Assembly (NCBI GenBank): GCA_046563655.1
Contig: CM102286.1
Coordinates: forward strand, 9,052,001 to 9,116,000
Length of the DNA stretch: 64,000 bases
Reading direction: 5' to 3'
Source: Yuukianura sp. NJ FZ-2021
Lineage: Eukaryota
The position numbers were made by a program, and so were the translations under genes. The notes beneath the pieces were generated by a model. The model searched no databases, was not told the origin of the DNA, and saw nothing but the letters and a program-made list of their open reading frames with translations. Below are positions 40,935-52,482 of this stretch, one piece after another. Position 1 is the first letter of the stretch. Each line of letters opens with the position of its first letter.

Positions 40935-43900
40935 CTCAAACAAACAAATCATCAATTGCTTATCTCCTGGACAACATTGGGCCTTCACTAATTTTTCTTC
41001 GAAAAATTCCGAATTCACAATTATCATTCGCATAACCTTGACAACAACAACAAGTGAGAGAATGGAAAACTTCAGTTCAAACATTCATCCGAATCAAGAC
41101 TCTCAAACCAACTTTACTTTTGACTGTTCGTCTGATCCCAATGTCGTTCAAAACGACCCAGAAACATCGATCCGTGACATTACAATCGTGGAGATTCCCG
41201 GAATCGGGTCATCATTAGATGACTGCGGATTGGGAGTTGACGATTCAGCCAGACATCAGACATTCTCCAATCGTACTTCTACTTCCGAGAATCGAAGCAA
41301 ATCTGTAATTTCCAAACTAAGTGACGACTGGATCTCAAACAATATCCGCCTTGTCTCCGGTGGCTTGATGAAAAAGCAGGAATTTAAAGACAAATACCAC
41401 CGCTTTTGTGCAACAATTCATATCAAACCACTAGCTGACACAACCATGGGTTCAAAACTTTTGAAGATATTTCCAAATATCACCAAAACAAGGGCGAGCG
41501 GACGGAAACACATTGAACAATCGTATCTTGGGATTACATTTTTGGACCCCACTGCTCAATCATCATCTCCGGATCTTACTATTGGTTCACGACTCGCACT
41601 TTTGAAAAAATCAATTCAAATTCTCAAACACATCCCCAAGGGAGCTAGACAAGTTGTGGCATCCACACTCTCCGCCGTCATAGAACAAGTCGTTACCGAG
41701 AACTCCTCGGAATCGTGGGAAAGGCTTTTCTTTTTCCATATGCTGCACTACATCTTCCGAAAAAGAAGACCCTGTTCCAAATCTGACCAAATGGGTGAAG
41801 TCAAATGTCAACCGCTTCTCCTCCTCATCGTCTACGTTCTTCAACTCACCATCAACTCATAATCTCCCCCGCTACTTGCCATCATCCCAACACTGGAATT
41901 GTTCCAAACTCGTTCAATCTAAACTAGCGGACGGCGACATTCGTGGATCCATTCGAGTTCTCTGTTCTGATGACTGTTTGGCATCGGATGACTCCTCCAC
42001 TATTGAAGCCCTCCACGAGTTACACCCGGCTCATCCTCTACAAACCGTCATGCCAGACCCACCTTCTCCAACAAACATCATTTTCGAAGAAAGTGACATC
42101 CTGAAATCTATCTCTTCATTCCCAAATGGTTCTTCCGGTGGCCTTGACTCGCTTCGTCCTCAAATACTAAAAGAACTTACATCAAAATCATCAGGAGATG
42201 CAGGTTTAGCGCTGCTATCTTCAATTTCCAAGCTGTGCAATCTCATCGCTAATGATTCTCTTCCTGTCGACATCCGGCCTGTGTTCTTCGGTGCTTCCCT
42301 TATTGCGATTCAGAAGAAAAAGGTGGAATCCGGCCAATTGCAATCGGCCTCACCTGGAGACGCCTAGTGTCGAAGCTAATCCTGTCGCGCTCAATGAACG
42401 CCATTTCGTCCATCCTACATCCAATTCACACAGGCGTCGGCGTCAAGAACGGAGCCGAAGCCGTGGCTCACGCTGCCAGGATCTTCTGCAACGCCAATCA
42501 CGCCTCTCCCAAGGTTCTTCTGAAGTTGGATTTTCGAAACGCCTTTAATCTTATCAGAAGAGATCAAATGCTGAATGCTGTGAAAACTCACCTACCAGAA
42601 ATCTTCAATTTCGTCTCTCAAGCATACTCGTTCGAATCAGACCTCTTCTACAACTCTAGCTGCATCAAGTCCAAGTTAGGAGTCCAACAAGGTTGCCCAT
42701 TGGGTCCTGCACTTTTCGCACTAACAATTCACCCACTAGCCGCATCCCTAACGACCGAATTCAATTCGTGGTACTTAGATGACGCGACAATTGGCGACTC
42801 TCCAGATGTTGTGCTCAAAAACCTCATAACCATCCAATCTAGTGCCAGTTCTTTTGGTCTGCATTTGAACATGAAGAAATGCGAAGTAATCATTCTGTCT
42901 GCCGACCAGTCTGAACAAAAGTTAATCACCAACTCCTTCAAATCGATTTCGCCGGAGTTCGTCTTCCCCGAGAAAGGACAATCGGAACTGTTGGGAGCGC
43001 CTCTGTTCAAAGAATCTTCACGTCGTATCCTCAAATCCAAAACTGATGACTTCAACAGACTTTCATCAAGACTCTCTTGCCTGCCAGCCCATGTAGCGTT
43101 TTTTCTACTTAGGGCATCAATTTCAACACCAAGACTTCTGTACTTTGTCAGATGTTCTCCTGCATTCCTCGAACCTGACCTCCTACAAGCTTACGACTCA
43201 GCTTTACGCACCGTGTTGGAATCCATCCTGAACTCAAGTTTGAATGAAGAAGCATGGTTGCAGTCTTCTTTGCCTGTGAATCAAGGGGTTTAGGCATTCG
43301 CCACGCGACGGACTGTGCTACATTTTCCTTTTTGGCTTCAGTCTATAGTTGTGCCGAACTAATTTCTACCTTCCTTCCACCACATCTTTCGCCTTTCGAT
43401 AAGTCAGTGGACCTTGCTTCCCTCAGTTGGTCAAATTTGGACTTCATAACGCCGCAAGATGGAAAAATACAAAAACTCTGGGAAATTCAGATCTTCGAAA
43501 AAATCTACTCCAACCTGCTGGAGAAATCAACCACTCCCATCGATAAAGCACGACTGCTTGCTTCAGCCGCCCCTCATTCTGGAGATTGGCTACTGGCTAT
43601 TCCATCTTCGCCTCTTGGGACGCTCCTTTCAGACGAAACCTTCAGAATTTTTTGTGGATTGCGGCTAGGCACCGAAATTTGCCAACCTCATCGATGTCCA
43701 TGCGGAACTTCGGTATCAAGCAACGGCTTGCACGGCCTAAGCTGTACGAGAAGTGCAGGCAGACATTCAAGACACGCCGCTGTAAACGACATCATTTCAA
43801 GATCGCTTCAAACAAGTGGAATACCATGTATGAAAGGACCTTCCGGCTGTTCCAGAACTGATGGAAAGCGACCTGATGGAATCACTCTCATTCCTTGGAA

Positions 43901-44042
43901 GTCCGGTCGCTCCCTTGCCTGGGACTTTACCTGCCGTGACACCTTCGCTGCGTCCTACCTAGCAACATCATCATCCGTTCTCGGTCATCCTGCTGCCGTT
44001 GCTGAAATCCATAAGCATGACCTCTACCGTGACCTTGATCAT
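40935..44042 (+). mobile_element. CRE retrotransposon copy 1, 3'-truncated
   Basis: Same 5' junction as the other copies; ends at TCAT microhomology with the satellite, lacking the endonuclease C-terminus, 3' UTR and poly(A). Confidence 0.95.
41062..44042 (+). pseudogene. RT/RLE polyprotein of copy 1, frameshifted as assembled and C-terminally truncated
   Basis: ORF pieces 40849-41862, 41795-42367, 42367-43293 and 43254-44186 match the intact ORF. Confidence 0.88.
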
Positions 44043-45330
44043 TCTGGGCTATCTGAGATGTCAAAATTGCAAAACGAAATTATGCTTGTGAAAGAGAATC
44101 TGAAGTGTTCCAAGCTAAATTTTTCTCTGAAAAATCCATTTTTTTTTCATTTAAAACTCACCAAAAAGTCATTCTGGGCTATCTGAGGAGTCAAAATTGC
44201 AAACCGAAATTATGCTTGTGAAAGCCCATCTGAAGTGTTCCAAGCTCAATTTTTCTCCGAAAAATCCATTTTTTTTCATTTAAAACTCACAAAAAAGTCA
44301 TTCAGGGCTATCTGAGGAGTGAAAATTGCAAACCAAAATTATGCTTGTGAAAGCCAATCTGAAGTGTTCCAAGCTAAATTTTTCTCCGAAAAATCCATTT
44401 TTTTTTCATTTAAAACTCACCAAAAAGTCATTCTGGGCTATCTGAGGAGTCAAAATTGCAAACCGAAATTATGCTTGTGAAAGCCCATCTGAAGTGTTCC
44501 AAGCTCAATTTTTCTCCGAAAAATCCATTTTTTTCATTTAAAACTCATCAAAAAGTCATTCTGGGCTATGTGAGATGTCAAAATTGCAAACTGAAATTAT
44601 GCTTGTGAACGCCCATCTGAAGTGTTCCAAGCTCAATTTTTCTCCGAAAAATCCATTTTTTTCATTTAAAACTCACCAAAAAGTCATTCTGGGCTATCTG
44701 AGGAGTCAAAATTGCAAACCGAAATTATGCTTCTGAAAGCCCATCTGAAGTGTTCCAAGCTAACTTTTTCTCCGAAAAATCCATTTTTTTTTCATTTAAA
44801 ACTCACCAAAAAGTCATTCTGGGCTATCTGAGGAGTCAAAACTGCAAACCGAAATTATGCTTGTGAAAGCCCATCTGAAGTGTTCCAAGCTCAATTTTTC
44901 TCCGAAAAATCCATTTTTTTTTCATTTAAAACTCACAAAAAAGTCATTCAGGGCTATCTGAGGAGTGAAAATTGCAAACCGAAATTATGCTTGTGAAAGC
45001 CCATCTGAAGTGTTCCAAGCTCAATTTTTCTCCGAAAAATCCATTCTTTTTCATTTATAACTCACCAAAAAGTCATTCTGGGCTATCTGAGATGTCAAAA
45101 TTGCAAAACGAAATTATGCTTGTGAAAGAGAATCTGAAGTGTTCAAGCTAAATTTTTCTCCGAAAAATCCATTTTTTTTTCATTTAAAACTCACCAAAAG
45201 GTCATTCTGGGCTATCTGAGGAGTCAAAACTGCAAACCGAAATTATGCTTGTGAAAGCCCATCTGAAGTGTTCCAAGCTCAATTTTTCTCCGAAAAATCC
45301 ATTCTTTTTTCATTTAAAACTCACAAAAAA
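44043..45330. repeat. ~130-bp satellite, ~10 monomers (same variant order as 39650-40934)
   Basis: Tandem monomers with a matching succession of diagnostic variants. Confidence 0.97.
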
Positions 45331-45457
45331 CTCAAACAAACAAATCATCAATTGCTTATCTCCTGGACAACATTGGGCCTTCACTAATTTTTCTTCGAAA
45401 AATTCCGAATTCACAATTATCATTCGCATAACCTTGACAACAACAACAAGTGAGAGA

Positions 45458-48400
45458 ATGGAAAACTTCAGTTCAAACATTCATCCGAATCAAGACTCTC
45501 AAACCAACTTTACTTTTGACTGTTCGTCTGATCCCAATGTCGTTCAAAACGACCCAGAAACATCGATCCGTGACATTACAATCGTGGAGATTCCCGGAAT
45601 CGGGTCATCATTAGATGACTGCGGATTGGGAGTTGACGATTCAGCCAGACATCAGACATTCTCCAATCGTACTTCTACTTCCGAGAATCGAAGCAAATCT
45701 GTAATTTCCAAACTAAGTGACGACTGGATCTCAAACAATATCCGCCTTGTCTCCGGTGGCTTGATGAAAAAGCAGGAATTTAAAGACAAATACCACCGCT
45801 TTTGTGCATCAATTCATATCAAACCACTAGCTGACACAACCATGGGTTCAAAACTTTTGAAGATATTTCCAAATATCACCAAAACAAGGGCGAGCGGACG
45901 GAAACACATTGAACAATCGTATCTTGGGATTACATTTTTGGACCCCACTGCTCAATCATCATCTCCGGATCTTACTATTGGTTCACGACTCGCACTTTTG
46001 AAAAAATCAATTCAAATTCTCAAACACATCCCCAAGGGAGCTAGACAAGTTGTGGCATCCACACTCTCCGCCGTCATAGAACAAGTCGTTACCGAGAACT
46101 CCTCGGAATCGTGGGAAAGGCTTTTCTTTTTTCCATATGCTGCACTACATCTTCCGAAAAAAGAAGACCCTGTTCCAAATCTGACCAAATGGGTGAAGTC
46201 AAATGTCAACCGCTTCTCCTCCTCATCGTCTACGTTCTTCAACTCACCATCAACTCATAATCTCCCCCGCTACTTGCCATCATCCCAACACTGGAATTGT
46301 TCCAAACTCGTTCAATCTAAACTAGCGGACGGCGACATTCGTGGATCCATTCGAGTTCTCTGTTCTGATGACTGTTTGGCATCGGATGACTCCTCCACTA
46401 TTGAAGCCCTCCACGAGTTACACCCGGCTCATCCTCTACAAACCGTCATGCCAGACCCACCTTCTCCAACAAACATCATTTTCGAAGAAAGTGACATCCT
46501 GAAATCTATCTCTTCATTCCCAAATGGTTCTTCCGGTGGCCTTGACTCGCTTCGTCCTCAAATACTAAAAGAACTTACATCAAAATCATCAGGAGATGCA
46601 GGTTTAGCGCTGCTATCTTCAATTTCCAAGCTGTGCAATCTCATCGCTAATGATTCTCTTCCTGTCGACATCCGGCCTGTGTTCTTCGGTGCTTCCCTTA
46701 TTGCGATTCAGAAGAAAAAAGGTGGAATCCGGCCAATTGCAATCGGCCTCACCTGGAGACGCCTAGTGTCGAAGCTAATCCTGTCGCGCTCAATGAACGC
46801 CATTTCATCCATCCTACATCCAATTCACACAGGCGTCGGCGTCAAGAACGGAGCCGAAGCCGTGGCTCACGCTGCCAGGATCTTCTGCAACGCCAATCAC
46901 GCCTCTCCCAAGGTTCTTCTGAAGTTGGATTTTCGAAACGCCTTTAATCTTATCAGAAGAGATCAAATGCTGAATGCTGTGAAAACTCACCTACCAGAAA
47001 TCTTCAATTTCGTCTCTCAAGCATACTCGTTCGAATCAGACCTCTTCTACAACTCTAGCTGCATCAAGTCCAAGTTAGGAGTCCAACAAGGTTGCCCATT
47101 GGGTCCTGCACTTTTCGCACTAACAATTCACCCACTAGCCGCATTCCTAACGACCGAATTCAATTCGTGGTACTTAGATGACGCGACAATTGGCGACTCT
47201 CCAGATGTTGTGCTCAAAAACCTCATAACCATCCAATCTAGTGCCAGTTCTTTTGGTCTGCATTTGAACATGAAGAAATGCGAAGTAATCATTCTGTCTG
47301 CCGACCAGTCTGAACAAAAGTTAATCACCAACTCCTTCAAATCGATTTCGCCGGAGTTCGTCTTCCCCGAGAAAGGACAATCGGAACTGTTGGGAGCGCC
47401 TCTGTTCAAAGAATCTTCACGTCGTATCCTCAAATCCAAAACTGATGACTTCAACAGACTTTCATCAAGACTCTCTTGCCTGCCAGCCCATGTAGCGTTT
47501 TTTCTACTTAGGGCATCAATTTCAACACCAAGACTTCTGTACTTTGTCAGATGTTCTCCTGCATTCCTCGAACCTGACCTCCTACAAGCTTACGACTCAG
47601 CTTTACGCACCGTGTTGGAATCCATCCTGAACTCAAGTTTGAATGAAGAAGCATGGTTGCAGTCTTCTTTGCCTGTGAATCAAATGGGTTTAGGCATTCG
47701 CCACGCGACGGACTGTGCTACATTTTCCTTTTTGGCTTCAGTCTATAGTTGTGCCGAACTAATTTCTACCTTCCTTCCACCACATCTTTCGCCTTTCGAT
47801 AAGTCAGTGGACCTTGCTTCCCTCAGTTGGTCAAATTTGGACTTCATAACGCCGCAAGATGGAAAAATACAAAAACTCTGGGAAATTCAGATCTTCGAAA
47901 AAATCTACTCCAACCTGCTGGAGAAATCAACCACTCCCATCGATAAAGCACGACTGCTTGCTTCAGCCGCCCCTCATTCTGGAGATTGGCTACTGGCTAT
48001 TCCATCTTCGCCTCTTGGGACGCTCCTTTCAGACGAAACCTTCAGAATTTCTTGTGGATTGCGGCTAGGCACCGAAATTTGCCAACCTCATCGATGTCCA
48101 TGCGGAACTTCGGTATCAAGCAACGGCTTGCACGGCCTAAGCTGTACGAGAAGTGCAGGCAGACATTCAAGACACGCCGCTGTAAACGACATCATTTCAA
48201 GATCGCTTCAAACAAGTGGAATACCATGTATGAAAGGACCTTCCGGCTGTTCCAGAACTGATGGAAAGCGACCTGATGGAATCACTCTCATTCCTTGGAA
48301 GTCCGGTCGCTCCCTTGCCTGGGACTTTACCTGCCGTGACACCTTCGCTGCGTCCTACCTAGCAACATCATCATCCGTTCTCGGTCATCCTGCTGCCGTT

Positions 48401-48670
48401 GCTGAAATCCATAAGCATGACCTCTACCGTGACCTTGATCATCGATTTATTGTTTCCATCATTGCAGTCGAGACAACTGGAGTCTACGGGGAAGAAGGCC
48501 GACGTCTACTCAATTCCATTAGACATCGCCTCTCAGAAGCCACCGGTGACAATCGAGCAACATCCTTCCTCTTTCAACGAATTAGCCTTGCCATCCAAAG
48601 AGGAAATGCCACTTCTATATTGGGTACCCTACCGTCAGGAAAAGAAATCTACGAAATTTATATGATTTAA
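45458..48670 (+). CDS. Retrotransposon polyprotein (1070 aa from the first element-internal ATG): RFX-like winged helix, reverse transcriptase, zinc knuckle, restriction-like endonuclease
   Basis: RT motifs GGIRPIAIG..RRL, KLDFRNAFN, GVQQGCPLGP.LF, WYLDD, GLHLNMKKCE; CPCG..H.LSC knuckle; RH..VND; RPDG..WDFT..D..AE..K RLE; CRE-type C-terminal QR.S.AIQRGNA. The track's start at 45245 lies in the satellite. Confidence 0.93.
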   Translation: MENFSSNIHPNQDSQTNFTFDCSSDPNVVQNDPETSIRDITIVEIPGIGSSLDDCGLGVDDSARHQTFSNRTSTSENRSKSVISKLSDDWISNNIRLVSGGLMKKQEFKDKYHRFCASIHIKPLADTTMGSKLLKIFPNITKTRASGRKHIEQSYLGITFLDPTAQSSSPDLTIGSRLALLKKSIQILKHIPKGARQVVASTLSAVIEQVVTENSSESWERLFFFPYAALHLPKKEDPVPNLTKWVKSNVNRFSSSSSTFFNSPSTHNLPRYLPSSQHWNCSKLVQSKLADGDIRGSIRVLCSDDCLASDDSSTIEALHELHPAHPLQTVMPDPPSPTNIIFEESDILKSISSFPNGSSGGLDSLRPQILKELTSKSSGDAGLALLSSISKLCNLIANDSLPVDIRPVFFGASLIAIQKKKGGIRPIAIGLTWRRLVSKLILSRSMNAISSILHPIHTGVGVKNGAEAVAHAARIFCNANHASPKVLLKLDFRNAFNLIRRDQMLNAVKTHLPEIFNFVSQAYSFESDLFYNSSCIKSKLGVQQGCPLGPALFALTIHPLAAFLTTEFNSWYLDDATIGDSPDVVLKNLITIQSSASSFGLHLNMKKCEVIILSADQSEQKLITNSFKSISPEFVFPEKGQSELLGAPLFKESSRRILKSKTDDFNRLSSRLSCLPAHVAFFLLRASISTPRLLYFVRCSPAFLEPDLLQAYDSALRTVLESILNSSLNEEAWLQSSLPVNQMGLGIRHATDCATFSFLASVYSCAELISTFLPPHLSPFDKSVDLASLSWSNLDFITPQDGKIQKLWEIQIFEKIYSNLLEKSTTPIDKARLLASAAPHSGDWLLAIPSSPLGTLLSDETFRISCGLRLGTEICQPHRCPCGTSVSSNGLHGLSCTRSAGRHSRHAAVNDIISRSLQTSGIPCMKGPSGCSRTDGKRPDGITLIPWKSGRSLAWDFTCRDTFAASYLATSSSVLGHPAAVAEIHKHDLYRDLDHRFIVSIIAVETTGVYGEEGRRLLNSIRHRLSEATGDNRATSFLFQRISLAIQRGNATSILGTLPSGKEIYEIYMI

Positions 48671-48701
48671 AAATTTTTTCAATACGTCTTTAAATACCTC
48701 A

Positions 48702-48718
48702 ACCTGCCTCTGGCAGGT
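48702..48718 (+). promoter_or_regulatory. Conserved 3' UTR stem-loop of the retrotransposon
   Basis: ACCTGCC-TCT-GGCAGGT; the sister family has ACCTGC-TACG-GCAGGT (minus strand 3112-3097). Confidence 0.65.
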
Positions 48719-48814
48719 GTAAGTTTTTTCAGTTCTTAAAATAATAGTTTATCACTCTTTCATAATAACAATAATAATAAATAATATTAAATTTTTAAAA
48801 AAAAAAACAAAAAA

Positions 48815-49075
48815 GTCATTCAGGGCTATCTGAGGAGTGAAAATTGCAAACCAAAATTATGCTTGTGAAAGCCAATCTGAAGTGTTCCAAGCTAAATTTT
48901 TCTCCGAAAAATCCATTTTTTTTTTCATTTAAAACTCACCAAAAAGTCATTCTGGGCTATCTGAGGAGTCAAAACTGCAAACCGAAATTATGCTTGTGAA
49001 AGCCCATCTGAAGTGTTCCAAGCTCAATTTTTCTCCGAAAAATCCATTCTTTTTTCATTTAAAACTCACAAAAAA
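48815..49075. repeat. ~130-bp satellite, 2-monomer spacer
   Basis: Two monomers between copies 2 and 3; essentially identical to the spacer between copies 3 and 4. Confidence 0.95.
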
Positions 49076-49202
49076 CTCAAACAAACAAATCATCAATTGC
49101 TTATCTCCTGGACAACATTGGGCCTTCACTAATTTTTCTTCGAAAAATTCCGAATTCACAATTATCATTCGCATAACCTTGACAACAACAACAAGTGAGA
49201 GA

Positions 49203-52200
49203 ATGGAAAACTTCAGTTCAAACATTCATCCGAATCAAGACTCTCAAACCAACTTTACTTTTGACTGTTCGTCTGATCCCAATGTCGTTCAAAACGACCC
49301 AGAAACATCGATCCGTGACATTACAATCGTGGAGATTCCCGGAATCGGGTCATCATTAGATGACTGCGGATTGGGAGTTGACGATTCAGCCAGACATCAG
49401 ACATTCTCCAATCGTACTTCTACTTCCGAGAATCGAAGCAAATCTGTAATTTCCAAACTAAGTGACGACTGGATCTCAAACAATATCCGCCTTGTCTCCG
49501 GTGGCTTGATGAAAAAGCAGGAATTTAAAGACAAATACCACCGCTTTTGTGCAACAATTCATATCAAACCACTAGCTGACACAACCATGGGTTCAAAACT
49601 TTTGAAGATATTTCCAAATATCACCAAAACAAGGGCGAGCGGACGGAAACACATTGAACAATCGTATCTTGGGATTACATTTTTGGACCCCACTGCTCAA
49701 TCATCATCTCCGGATCTTACTATTGGTTCACGACTCGCACTTTTGAAAAAATCAATTCAAATTCTCAAACACATCCCCAAGGGAGCTAGACAAGTTGTGG
49801 CATCCACACTCTCCGCCGTCATAGAACAAGTCGTTACCGAGAACTCCTCGGAATCGTGGGAAAGGCTTTTCTTTTTTCCATATGCTGCACTACATCTTCC
49901 GAAAAAGAAGACCCTGTTCCAAATCTGACCAAATGGGTGAAGTCAAATGTCAACCGCTTCTCCTCCTCATCGTCTACGTTCTTCAACTCACCATCAACTC
50001 ATAATCTCCCCCGCTACTTGCCATCATCCCAACACTGGAATTGTTCCAAACTCGTTCAATCTAAACTAGCGGACGGCGACATTCGTGGATCCATTCGAGT
50101 TCTCTGTTCTGATGACTGTTTGGCATCGGATGACTCCTCCACTATTGAAGCCCTCCACGAGTTACACCCGGCTCATCCTCTACAAACCGTCATGCCAGAC
50201 CCACCTTCTCCAACAAACATCATTTTCGAAGAAAGTGACATCCTGAAATCTATCTCTTCATTCCCAAATGGTTCTTCCGGTGGCCTTGACTCGCTTCGTC
50301 CTCAAATACTAAAAGAACTTACATCAAAATCATCAGGAGATGCAGGTTTAGCGCTGCTATCTTCAATTTCCAAGCTGTGCAATCTCATCGCTAATGATTC
50401 TCTTCCTGTCGACATCCGGCCTGTGTTCTTCGGTGCTTCCCTTATTGCGATTCAGAAGAAAAAAGGTGGAATCCGGCCAATTGCAATCGGCCTCACCTGG
50501 AGACGCCTAGTGTCGAAGCTAATCCTGTCGCGCTCAATGAACGCCATTTCGTCCATCCTACATCCAATTCACACAGGCGTCGGCGTCAAGAACGGAGCCG
50601 AAGCCGTGGCTCACGCTGCCAGGATCTTCTGCAACGCCAATCACGCCTCTCCCAAGGTTCTTCTGAAGTTGGATTTTCGAAACGCCTTTAATCTTATCAG
50701 AAGAGATCAAATGCTGAATGCTGTGAAAACTCACCTACCAGAAATCTTCAATTTCGTCTCTCAAGCATACTCGTTCGAATCAGACCTCTTCTACAACTCT
50801 AGCTGCATCAAGTCCAAGTTAGGAGTCCAACAAGGTTGCCCATTGGGTCCTGCACTTTTCGCACTAACAATTCACCCACTAGCCGCATCCCTAACGACCG
50901 AATTCAATTCGTGGTACTTAGATGACGCGACAATTGGCGACTCTCCAGATGTTGTGCTCAAAAACCTCATAACCATCCAATCTAGTGCCAGTTCTTTTGG
51001 TCTGCATTTGAACATGAAGAAATGCGAAGTAATCATTCTGTCTGCCGACCAGTCTGAACAAAAGTTAATCACCAACTCCTTCAAATCGATTTCGCCGGAG
51101 TTCGTCTTCCCCGAGAAAGGACAATCGGAACTGTTGGGAGCGCCTCTGTTCAAAGAATCTTCACGTCGTATCCTCAAATCCAAAACTGATGACTTCAACA
51201 GACTTTCATCAAGACTCTCTTGCCTGCCAGCCCATGTAGCGTTTTTTCTACTTAGGGCATCAATTTCAACACCAAGACTTCTGTACTTTGTCAGATGTTC
51301 TCCTGCATTCCTCGAACCTGACCTCCTACAAGCTTACGACTCAGCTTTACGCACCGTGTTGGAATCCATCCTGAACTCAAGTTTGAATGAAGAAGCATGG
51401 TTGCAGTCTTCTTTGCCTGTGAATCAAGGGGTTTAGGCATTCGCCACGCGACGGACTGTGCTACATTTTCCTTTTTGGCTTCAGTCTATAGTTGTGCCGA
51501 ACTAATTTCTACCTTCCTTCCACCACATCTTTCGCCTTTCGATAAGTCAGTGGACCTTGCTTCCCTCAGTTGGTCAAATTTGGACTTCATAACGCCGCAA
51601 GATGGAAAAATACAAAAACTCTGGGAAATTCAGATCTTCGAAAAAATCTACTCCAACCTGCTGGAGAAATCAACCACTCCCATCGATAAAGCACGACTGC
51701 TTGCTTCAGCCGCCCCTCATTCTGGAGATTGGCTACTGGCTATTCCATCTTCGCCTCTTGGGACGCTCCTTTCAGACGAAACCTTCAGAATTTCTTGTGG
51801 ATTGCGGCTAGGCACCGAAATTTGCCAACCTCATCGATGTCCATGCGGAACTTCGGTATCAAGCAACGGCTTGCACGGCCTAAGCTGTACGAGAAGTGCA
51901 GGCAGACATTCAAGACACGCCGCTGTAAACGACATCATTTCAAGATCGCTTCAAACAAGTGGAATACCATGTATGAAAGGACCTTCCGGCTGTTCCAGAA
52001 CTGATGGAAAGCGACCTGATGGAATCACTCTCATTCCTTGGAAGTCCGGTCGCTCCCTTGCCTGGGACTTTACCTGCCGTGACACCTTCGCTGCGTCCTA
52101 CCTAGCAACATCATCATCCGTTCTCGGTCATCCTGCTGCCGTTGCTGAAATCCATAAGCATGACCTCTACCGTGACCTTGATCATCGATTTATTGTTTCC

Positions 52201-52413
52201 ATCATTGCAGTCGAGACAACTGGAGTCTACGGGGAAGAAGGCCGACGTCTACTCAATTCCATTAGACATCGCCTCTCAGAAGCCACCGGTGACAATCGAG
52301 CAACATCCTTCCTCTTTCAACGAATTAGCCTTGCCATCCAAAGAGGAAATGCCACTTCTATATTGGGTACCCTACCGTCAGGAAAAGAAATCTACGAAAT
52401 TTATATGATTTAA
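49203..52413 (+). pseudogene. RT/RLE polyprotein of copy 3; two frameshifts as assembled (possibly sequencing errors)
   Basis: ORF pieces 48990-49928, 49856-51436 and 51397-52413; the breaks fall at A and G homopolymers. Confidence 0.75.
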
Positions 52414-52482
52414 AAATTTTTTCAATACGTCTTTAAATACCTCAACCTGCCTCTGGCAGGTGTAAGTTTTTTCAGTTCTTAA

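Larger units (their letters stand above)
45331..48807 (+). mobile_element. CRE-clade non-LTR retrotransposon copy 2, apparently complete (~3.48 kb)
   Basis: Single long ORF, 3' UTR hairpin, AAT-rich tail and poly(A) 48797-48807; flanked by CAAAAAA at 45324-45330 and 48808-48814 (likely TSD). Confidence 0.95.

Noticed and set aside
45331..45457. HDV-like ribozyme in the element leader
   Set aside because: Could not build P1/P2/P3 pairings by eye.
45458..48670. Bacterial RT system (group II intron, retron, DGR) or telomerase
   Set aside because: Poly(A) tail, TSD, zinc knuckle and PD..D/E..K endonuclease with the QRGNA motif identify an RLE non-LTR element.
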